Positions 1 to 7,400 of a DNA stretch of 54,907 nucleotides are shown in pieces. Under the pieces are notes generated by a model. That model was not told where the DNA came from, searched no databases, and saw only the letters and a list, made by a program, of their open reading frames with translations. A program made the translations under genes and the position numbers. Position 1 is the stretch's first letter; each line of letters opens with the position of its first letter. This DNA comes from Deltaproteobacteria bacterium (lineage in GTDB: Bacteria; Desulfobacterota; Desulfobacteria; Desulfobacterales; ETH-SRB1), in NCBI GenBank assembly GCA_030627405.1, contig DAOUSD010000001.1:1-54907 (forward strand), in the 5' to 3' direction.

Positions 1-103
1 AGCAAACGAAAGTGAACTGTTATTTGCTTTTTTTATGTGGTTTCGAGAGAATGGGGAAAAATACATGAATGAAAGTATTGAGAAAATGATTCAGACATAC
101 TTG
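1..103. repeat. Direct terminal repeat, copy 1 (identical to 54805..54907)
   Basis: The first 103 nt (agcaaacgaaagtgaact...cagacatacttg) recur exactly as the last 103 nt. This is the typical overlap of a circular or terminally redundant phage contig. Confidence 0.95.
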
Positions 104-118
104 AAAAGCAAATTATAG
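2..118 (+). CDS. 3' part of the junction-spanning small ORF (5' part at 54785..54907)
   Basis: The frame is open from the window start to TAG at 116..118. Positions 2..103 duplicate the terminal repeat. Confidence 0.3.
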   Translation, partial: ANESELLFAFFMWFRENGEKYMNESIEKMIQTYLKSKL

Positions 119-122
119 TTGC

Positions 123-138
123 TAACGGTTATTGTATG
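123..138 (+). repeat. Early-arm intergenic motif copy (consensus TAAYGGTTTGKGYAWG)
   Basis: taacggttattgtatg, followed by aatagtagcc and tttaagcac boxes. Confidence 0.6.
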
Positions 139-262
139 AATAGTAGCCGATTTAAGCACATAATTAAGTAGATACAAAATAAATTAATTACATAGTAATA
201 GCTTTTAAAAAGACACCTTAACGGGCTATTATTTATACAAATTGTTAGGGTGCGTTTTTGAT

Positions 263-421
263 ATGGAAAAAGAAATTAGAATAAATGTAGTTGCACCAGT
301 AGAGTGTACAGACGAACAGTTCCAAGAATGGTGTGAATACTGTTTAGGATATAGAGGCGGTATAAGTGTAGACAACCCATTACACGAATACGATTTAGAA
401 GCTACTTACGTGGATATTTAG
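263..421 (+). CDS. Small hypothetical protein, 52 aa (MEKEIRINVVAPVECTDEQFQEWCEYCLGYRGG...)
   Basis: Hand-translated ATG..TAG ORF below the track cutoff. It fills the gap between two motif copies on the same strand as its neighbours. Confidence 0.4.
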   Translation: MEKEIRINVVAPVECTDEQFQEWCEYCLGYRGGISVDNPLHEYDLEATYVDI

Positions 422-433
422 TCTAATGCACCC

Positions 434-449
434 TAACGTTGCGTGCAAG
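434..449 (+). repeat. Early-arm intergenic motif copy
   Basis: taacgttgcgtgcaag, 13 nt after the stop of the 263..421 ORF. Confidence 0.55.
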
Positions 450-507
450 TTATCGTAACGATGCCGGAATACAAACGAATTTAATTTAAAACACAAAAAT
501 AGAAATT

Positions 508-891
508 ATGAAAATTTTGATTAGAAAAATTAGTTATGCAATTTGCATTGTGTTATTAACCTGTGCTTTTTGCCTTGCACAGGATTTAGCTATGAGCATA
601 AACGGTGGAGATTTAACAGTATATGCCACCAATACCACTGAACAAAAAAGCGCAGGCAGTGATACGACCATAATAAAGCTGATGATTGAATACAAAACTG
701 AATGCTACAATGATAGCACTTATGTAGAGTGGCTTAAAATAAACGAATCACCATCATATACAGATGCTATAACAGGAATGACATCGGCGTTGAGTATATT
801 TATTTCACCGACCTTGATAAAAGAGTGGCAACACAAAGAACCTACGTTTAAAGACTTTGTGCGTTGGGTGGCAAAAAAGTATGGTTTATAA
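508..891 (+). CDS. Exported protein or possible lipoprotein, function unknown
   Basis: 127-aa ORF. The N-terminus MKILIRKISYAICIVLLTCAFCLAQ looks like a Sec or lipoprotein signal. Confidence 0.6.
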   Translation: MKILIRKISYAICIVLLTCAFCLAQDLAMSINGGDLTVYATNTTEQKSAGSDTTIIKLMIEYKTECYNDSTYVEWLKINESPSYTDAITGMTSALSIFISPTLIKEWQHKEPTFKDFVRWVAKKYGL

Positions 892-904
892 CGGTCTGTA
901 CATG
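889..904 (+). repeat. Early-arm intergenic motif copy
   Basis: taacggtctgtacatg. Its TAA is the stop codon of 508..891. Confidence 0.6.
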
Positions 905-924
905 AATTTTAAAAAACGGATAAA

Positions 925-1125
925 ATGAAACAAAGTATTAAATGTTGTGACTGCTTCGCCAAAATGAGGCATCACTTTGATTGGTTTAGTTACCAAAATG
1001 ATAGTAAGCAAAAAATTTACTGTATGCCAAATCTGAAAAGTTGTGACGGACATACAAAGTTGAGCATTAACCACTGCCCAAGTTGCGGCAAGGAAATAAG
1101 GAACATAGAACTAATTGACGAGTAG
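925..1125 (+). CDS. Small zinc-ribbon-like protein
   Basis: 66 aa with paired Cys motifs (CCDC ... CPSC). Confidence 0.55.
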   Translation: MKQSIKCCDCFAKMRHHFDWFSYQNDSKQKIYCMPNLKSCDGHTKLSINHCPSCGKEIRNIELIDE

Positions 1126-1247
1126 TTTTTTATTATTTATGTACTTTGTTATTAATTGGCGTGGCGCTGTGAAAATCAAAGCAGAAGAATGTAAGCAATG
1201 AGTAAGACTTGCACCTACCGTAAAAGCCGTTCCGCCACGCTTATTTA

Positions 1248-1263
1248 TAACGGTTTGTGTATG
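1248..1263 (+). repeat. Early-arm intergenic motif copy
   Basis: taacggtttgtgtatg followed by tttagtagcg and ttaaatgcac boxes. It lies inside the rejected antisense ORF 1111..1305. Confidence 0.6.
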
Positions 1264-1358
1264 TTTAGTAGCGTCAAATCCCGCTCCGCTGCTGATTAAA
1301 TGCACCGAACTGTCTTGTTTTAAATTTTTGGGCGGGGTTTATTCTTAAATTTTTAATC

Positions 1359-1592
1359 ATGGGTAATTTATTAAAAAAAGACGAAACTTCAACAGTAATT
1401 ATTTTGTCAAGACTTATAGAGCAAGTCGTACATTACAGAAATATTCTTTCACCAAACTCTTCCATAACCGATAAATACAGAAGGCAGTTGGTATCAGATT
1501 TTGAAAAATTGAAAGAAGATATCAGAATGCTTTCAGAACGTTATCTGTCAATTGGTTTTGACCAATGTAATGGTCAACAATTGGACGAATAA
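1359..1592 (+). CDS. Hypothetical protein, last gene of the plus-strand arm
   Basis: 77-aa ORF on the same strand as its neighbours, followed by the convergent terminator. Confidence 0.5.
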   Translation: MGNLLKKDETSTVIILSRLIEQVVHYRNILSPNSSITDKYRRQLVSDFEKLKEDIRMLSERYLSIGFDQCNGQQLDE

Positions 1593-1731
1593 TGTGAGCA
1601 ATAGACTCGTCACAAGAAGGACTGTCGCTCAATAAAGTCGTATCTAGACAATATGTTATTTTATCTAAAACCTTTATGTACGACTCTAAACGAATAAAAG
1701 ATGCTCCTGATTGGTTGTATGACTAATAAAA

Positions 1732-1758
1732 AAGCCGGAACAATCGGCCCGGCTTTTT
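1732..1758. terminator. Bidirectional rho-independent terminator between the convergent arms
   Basis: Stem AAGCCGG (1732..1738) pairs with CCGGCTT (1749..1755). An A-run lies upstream and a T-run downstream. It sits between the plus-strand gene ending at 1592 and the minus-strand gene ending at 1775. Confidence 0.6.
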
Positions 1759-1774
1759 AATATATTTTTGAATC

Positions 1775-2131
1775 TTATTTTTTGCTAATCCATAATTGAA
1801 CTAGGCTTACAATTGCATCCGCAACAGCTATAAACGCTTTCCTTTCCATTTCGTCATCCAAGAAAGGGACATCTATTTTTTCGTCAGCCATAATAGCCGC
1901 CTTTTCTGCTGCTTCTTTCCATTTTTTCTCCCCACACAACAATGCAATTTCATTTAATTGTGCATCCATCGTATCTGGAATAATTTTATCAGCCTGTTTG
2001 TCGATAACATTCAGTGCTATTAAAATTAATGTGCCATCAAATATCTCGGCAATACCAGAATTTACCAAGTCATCAAATACTTCTGCAAGAAATCTTTTTG
2101 TCTCTTTGCTTAAAACTTTTCCGTCACTCAT
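1775..2131 (-). CDS. Hypothetical protein at the distal end of the lysis cassette
   Basis: 118-aa ORF with no recognisable motif, last gene of the late arm. Confidence 0.6.
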   Translation of the reverse strand: MSDGKVLSKETKRFLAEVFDDLVNSGIAEIFDGTLILIALNVIDKQADKIIPDTMDAQLNEIALLCGEKKWKEAAEKAAIMADEKIDVPFLDDEMERKAFIAVADAIVSLVQLWISKK

Positions 2132-2136
2132 GATTA

Positions 2137-2406
2137 TTATTTTTTAATGTTGTTTTTAGCTCGTTTAAGCGACTTTATCCAATTCCATGACGCTTCCCTT
2201 TGTTTGGCGGTTATCTTCCATAATTTATGCCCCAGAGTCATTAGTAGCCCACTTCCAAGTGAATACTCAATTACATTTTCTAATGATGGACTAATTAAAT
2301 CAGGTTTTGCAAGCATAACCGCTTGAAATATCATATATGCCACACTTACTCCGGTTGTCTTTTTCCCGTCAATTGATTTGTGTATTTTTATTGCGGCTTT
2401 CTTCAT
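2137..2406 (-). CDS. Small membrane-associated protein, lysis accessory candidate
   Basis: 89 aa with hydrophobic segments (VSVAYMIFQAVMLA, GSGLLMTLG). Its start overlaps the endolysin stop by 4 nt. Confidence 0.45.
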   Translation of the reverse strand: MKKAAIKIHKSIDGKKTTGVSVAYMIFQAVMLAKPDLISPSLENVIEYSLGSGLLMTLGHKLWKITAKQREASWNWIKSLKRAKNNIKK

Positions 2407-2915
2407 CTTACCTTTCTTAATCGTTTAACTACGCTTCTAAGCATTTGCATCATGTATTCTTCGTAATTCATGCCAGTAGCATAACCAGCTCTTGCAATCT
2501 CTTTTAAATACAACTCTGGTATTTCACGTACTGCCAATGCTCTTTTATAACGAGGATTAGCAAATATAAATTCAGCATAATGCCGAAATGAATCCGCTGG
2601 GGTGTCGTATTTTCGAAACCACGTTTCGCAATCATATTTGTACATCTGTACTTTTCCCTTCATTACCGGAGTTATGGAGTGGATTACCGGGAACTTAGCG
2701 TCCGGTGTGGGTAAATATTCTTTTGTCCGGATTAGTTGTTCGTTTCCGTTAATTCCGTCAATGTCCTTAATCCCGAACATCATATTTCCGGGCCCTTCTT
2801 TCCAGCCACTCTCGCCGGCACTCTGCGCCAGCATTGCTACAGCTGATATTCCAGTCTCGCGCTCTACCTTTTGCGCTTCTGGGTAATATTTTTTTACGTA
2901 GTCGAGTGCTTTCAT
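2403..2915 (-). CDS. Endolysin, glucosaminidase (FlgJ/LytD-like) family
   Basis: The segment ISAVAMLAQSAGESGWKEGPGNMMFGIKD matches the remembered catalytic-region pattern of mannosyl-glycoprotein endo-beta-N-acetylglucosaminidases. It is flanked by small transmembrane proteins. Confidence 0.8.
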   Translation of the reverse strand: MKALDYVKKYYPEAQKVERETGISAVAMLAQSAGESGWKEGPGNMMFGIKDIDGINGNEQLIRTKEYLPTPDAKFPVIHSITPVMKGKVQMYKYDCETWFRKYDTPADSFRHYAEFIFANPRYKRALAVREIPELYLKEIARAGYATGMNYEEYMMQMLRSVVKRLRKVR

Positions 2916-3151
2916 TATATTTCAGTATTTTCAAGATTTTTTAACTGTTGTTTCTTAATCTCGTATTCCAATTGCTCATTTCTTTTCTTCAGTCTCAGAA
3001 TAGATAACCAAACTATACCACCAGCGATGCCTACTATCCCCGCAACTATACTTATGCTATCGTCAATTACATTTGAAAACTTAGCAAGTATAGAGGTCAG
3101 CGAACCAACCGCCCAAAGGAAGAAACTTAATATCTGTGCTACGTACCTCAT
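2915..3151 (-). CDS. Holin-like protein (two transmembrane segments plus a charged C-terminal tail)
   Basis: Sequence MRYVAQILSFFLWAVGSL...IVAGIVGIAGGIVWLSIL then KKRNEQLEYEIKKQQ. There is an ATGA overlap with the upstream gene and a TAATG overlap with the endolysin start. Confidence 0.5.
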   Translation of the reverse strand: MRYVAQILSFFLWAVGSLTSILAKFSNVIDDSISIVAGIVGIAGGIVWLSILRLKKRNEQLEYEIKKQQLKNLENTEI

Positions 3152-3474
3152 GCAAAAATCAACCATAATATTCCGAATGCTAATATAGATATGCTAATTG
3201 CTGTATAGACCCAAAGATCGTGCGTCCCAACACCTGATAGCATTAGAATATCTGTAATCAGGCAAAAGCCTGAATAAATTATACTTATTTTAACTAATCT
3301 CTTTAATGTCCCTGTCGTGTAATTTAGAAGAATGAAAAATAATCCAAAAAGCGCAATACTATTACCCTCGAAATAAAAGAATGTAGTAATTTCTGAATTT
3401 TCAAAACTGAACGAATGGAATACTAACCTAAATCCCATCCAACATAGCAATGATATTACGCCTATTTTTTTCAT
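3148..3474 (-). CDS. Multi-pass membrane protein (about 4 TM) in the lysis cassette
   Basis: 108 aa, almost entirely hydrophobic helices. Confidence 0.55.
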   Translation of the reverse strand: MKKIGVISLLCWMGFRLVFHSFSFENSEITTFFYFEGNSIALFGLFFILLNYTTGTLKRLVKISIIYSGFCLITDILMLSGVGTHDLWVYTAISISILAFGILWLIFA

Positions 3475-3622
3475 TCGTTTGTCCCCGGAGGGTCTTTTGG
3501 TCTTTGGTCTTTTGATTTCACGATGGGCTCAATAGGTTCAATTTTTCAGGAACCTCAATTTTCTTTTCTTTTTTAATCATGATATTAATTTTTATAAAGA
3601 TAACTATTTTTTGTTTAACAAT

Positions 3623-3766
3623 TTATTTACTTTTTTCAATCTCGACTATGTGCCTGAATACTTTTTCTTTGCTAATGGTTTTTGAAATTTCATAGCCTTC
3701 ATTAAATAATGCCATTATCTCATCATTGTACTCTTTTTGGTCTTTAAATATTATCGTTCTTTTCAT
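3623..3766 (-). CDS. Small hypothetical protein, 47 aa (MKRTIIFKDQKEYNDEIMALFNEGYEISK...)
   Basis: Hand-translated ORF that packs tightly against its neighbours on the late strand. Confidence 0.3.
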   Translation of the reverse strand: MKRTIIFKDQKEYNDEIMALFNEGYEISKTISKEKVFRHIVEIEKSK

Positions 3767-3769
3767 TTT

Positions 3770-3910
3770 TTAAAGATTTAATATTGTTTTACATTTATGG
3801 ATAGCCGCATCAATATGGTATATAATAATAGCAGTAACTCCCCACCACCTCCATTGTATCTCTACTTTTGTATTGCTCCATAAATAGTTAATATTTTTTA
3901 GGATATTCAT
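3770..3910 (-). CDS. Small hypothetical protein, 46 aa
   Basis: Hand-translated ATG..TAA ORF filling the gap after 3920..4420. Confidence 0.3.
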   Translation of the reverse strand: MNILKNINYLWSNTKVEIQWRWWGVTAIIIYHIDAAIHKCKTILNL

Positions 3911-3919
3911 AATTGATTT

Positions 3920-4420
3920 CTATTGGGTATTCAACTGATTCTCAAAACCAGATAATCTAATCCATGCTGTTTCGAGTTGTTTAAAGTCAGGCAATCCCTT
4001 TACATTATCTTTCCCATACTTTTCGATTAAGCGTTGATACCGGCTCCATAAAACTGCTTTCTTATCAGCAATACTATTAACATTATCTCCTTCTAAATAA
4101 TACTCAGTATCAACTTTAGTCACTTGAATTGTGTCGGTTACAGAGAATAAATTAGCAAATTGCTTTGTCAAATTATTCACTGCGGTTAAATACTGATTAA
4201 TCTCAGTTTCATAATGAATCGTGTCGAGATTAATATCCTGTCGTTTTTTGTACTGCTCCCATTCTCGAACAATTCGAGCCTCCTGTTCACCTACTTTTAA
4301 GACCATAGTTTTGACATACGGTATATCAGTTGGAATTACTTTCTCCGTTACATAATACTGAGCTTGACTTGATGCAATTGCCGAGATTGCGATTATTGCG
4401 ACTAAAATTAACTTTTTCAT
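3920..4420 (-). CDS. Exported protein, function unknown
   Basis: 166 aa. The signal-like N-terminus is MKKLILVAIIAISAIASSQAQ. Confidence 0.6.
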   Translation of the reverse strand: MKKLILVAIIAISAIASSQAQYYVTEKVIPTDIPYVKTMVLKVGEQEARIVREWEQYKKRQDINLDTIHYETEINQYLTAVNNLTKQFANLFSVTDTIQVTKVDTEYYLEGDNVNSIADKKAVLWSRYQRLIEKYGKDNVKGLPDFKQLETAWIRLSGFENQLNTQ

Positions 4421-4464
4421 TTGTTGTTTATTAATTATATTCTCCTATTAATAATGTTCTTAAT

Positions 4465-7400
4465 TTATAATTGGTCTCCAAAATAACTTGTTAGAACAAA
4501 ATATATAGTTGCCCCAGTTGTATGAGATATATCTACACCAAGGTAACTTCCGCTTAATGCTGGCGTTACTGTTATATTTGTTGGATTTGAATCATATGTT
4601 TTATTATAATGTATAGAAGGAGTACCATTGTCGTAAGTTCCACAACTAACCCATTTAACAAGACCCAAGTAGTTTCCATTAACATCAGTGAATACTATTG
4701 AAGCATTTGCCACTACCATTTTATTACTCACACTTATTGCTGTCCCAGAAGTTGAATGCCAACCACTAGTTGATGCTCCAAGATTACCACTATATACATC
4801 TATTTCGCCACCTCCACTAGTTAGCAGATTAGTTTCTACCCCCGATTCATCCAAATAGTAAAGGTTATTGTCATCTTTTGGGTAGATAGTTCCATAATTA
4901 GTGGAACTTGCCGGGGTTGTTCTTTCTTTGATTCTGAATATGCCATCCATTAGCGAAGTTCCAGTTACAGAAAGATAACTGGATAAATCCGCGTACCCTC
5001 CTTCGAATCCTGAGCTGGCATTAATAATATTTCCAGACACATCCCCCGCTGCGATTAGGCTAGCCGATAAATATGCACTCCCTGTTACTTGGAACATGTA
5101 AGCACCATAATCGGCAACACTCCCCACTCTTACCTCATCGGTAATTGTAGCAGGTGCAATGGCTCCGGTTAATGTTTGCCACTTACTTGTACCAGTAGGA
5201 GCAGCCCAGATTCCATCACCTCGCCAAAAAGTAGATGCACTTGCACTTGTCCCAGAATTAAGATTACCAACCGGTAAATTACCAGAAACATCAGAAGCTA
5301 ATGAAATTTGAGCCTGAGTAGTGACAACCCCAGTAGTTGTAGCCGACTTCATAAATCCAGTTGACAATGAACCTAAAGCCTGCTCATTTGTTAAAGTTCC
5401 ATTTGCTGTTTGTGTAATATATGTCGCATCAGTTGGTGCGCCACCGCCTCCTGTCAAATCATACTCCGCTGTGCTAGTTGTGAAATATATTTTCTTATCA
5501 ACTGAACTCATCCATAAATCACCTACCGAGGAAGTTTGACCTGTTGGCGCGAGGGGTCGGCCTAGTAATCTCATATAGTTTCCACTTGCTAAAATAATAT
5601 TTCCACTGGTTAGCCATAAATTCCCATTCGTTAATGTTTGGTCTCCATTAAAAGAATTCGTACCACCCGTTCTAGCAAATCCCGTATGCCCAGAACTTGC
5701 GTAATCCAATTCTGTTAATCCTGAGTGATTATTAATACCACTTATTTTTGCATTATTAACCTCAACTTCATCAAATTTCGCCTTAGTCATTAATCCGGCT
5801 CTCGTCCCATCTGCACCAACCATCGTTGCATTAGTTCCATCGCTTGAATTAATATCGACGGTTGTAGTTGTAGCTGTTCCTTCTGATAAGTTGGTGGTGA
5901 TATTAGACACCACCGGAACTCCACCAATTGCCAAACTACTAAAATCACCGTCGATACTTGCGTCTTCTACTTGTGATTTGATTAACGATTGTGTGCCTAA
6001 TGTTGCTGCTGCGTGGGTTACTGTGCCTACTGATTCAATTGAACCATCAACTAATAAATTATTATCTCCTGGGTCACTTTCACCGCCAACATGTAACCCG
6101 CCATTTATAGCTGTTTTTGCAAGTGGTGTAGTGAAGCCGATGCCGACGTTGCCCTTCAAGACAGTCTTAGTAATATCGTCATTGCCTAGAACAACGGAAT
6201 TGCTTCCTGCTCCGTGCGTATTATAACCAATCACAATTTCATTTATACCGCCATCTGCTAGAGCTCTAGTATCATACCCTAAATATAGGGAGTTAGAAGA
6301 GGTCTCATTCTCAGCACCACTGATTATATATCTGCCAGATTGATAACCGTTGGCTGTATTATAGCGGCCAGTGGTATTGGAGTAGAGAGATTGCATCCCG
6401 TTGGCTGTATTATAGTAGCCAGTGGTATTGTAGTAGAGAGATTGATAACCGTTGGCTGTATTATAGTAGCCAGTGGTATTGGAGTAGAGAGATTGCATCC
6501 CGTTGGCTGTATTATAGCTGCCAGTGGTATTGTAGAAGAGAGACCGATAACCGTTGGCTGTATTATAGCTGCCAGTAGTGTTGTAGAAGAGAGATTGAGA
6601 ACCAAACCCAGCATTCCTATTATCGCTCAAATCATCAATAGCACCAGCACCGTACCCGAAGTAAGTAGAATTACCTAATCCTGTTTGATATACACGTCCT
6701 GCCACTTCAAGTTTAGTACCGTCATCGTAAATTAAACTATTACCAATCGAATTAACACCTGTGAATTTTGAAACGTAATTCGTTGTTCCTGACACGGAAG
6801 TATTAATAGTGCTATTAATCTTACTAGCACTCCACAATTCAGTCGCGCTTGTCCCAGCATCATTAATAATTCTATGCTGTCCGATTGCGTAATTTAACAA
6901 TCCATCGTGATTTATTTCTGAATCATTGGTTGTAATTGTATTTATTGCTCTAGTTAATCCAGTTGAGAAGGTTAATGGAACTTCGTAAGCCACGTTACTT
7001 CCGGCAGTTGCTAATCCTTTAGCATTTATTGTTACATTATTATAAGTTCCAATATTTGAATTAACTGTTGCAAGTGTTAATGCTGTTGCCCCCGTTGCAT
7101 CTCCTGTGTGAGTGGCGTTTGTAATTTTAGCAGTATTGGCAACAACACTTGAATTATTGCTAACTTCTGTATCGAAGTCGCTTATTTGAGTCGCTAGAAC
7201 GGCATGTGGATTACCCGTAACAAGTAAACTATGGTCATAAGCTATTTTACCTCTATCCCCACGATATGCAGTTACGGATGTTTCCCCTAATGCTAGATTT
7301 GAAGTGCCTGAGTTATCAGTAATTACAAATGCAGGGTAAGTTCCTCCGATTGTCACATTAGCACCACCTGAGAAAGAAACGGTTTTATCAAACAGCTTAG

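Noticed and set aside
1111-1305. 64-aa minus-strand ORF between two plus-strand genes
   Set aside because: It starts at GTG, is oriented opposite to all its neighbours, and is built over an early-motif copy (1248..1263) and its associated boxes. It is more likely non-coding.
6326-6615. CRISPR array or diversity-generating retroelement target
   Set aside because: The repeats are contiguous 51-nt coding units with no unique spacers. No reverse transcriptase gene or template/variable repeat pair was recognised anywhere in the genome.
6324-6678. Long ORFs on both strands (6324..6614 minus in another frame, 6340..6678 plus) inside the fibre gene
   Set aside because: They are by-products of the 51-nt tandem coding repeat. 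Their translations are repetitive nonsense, and they lie wholly within the 1752-aa ORF.
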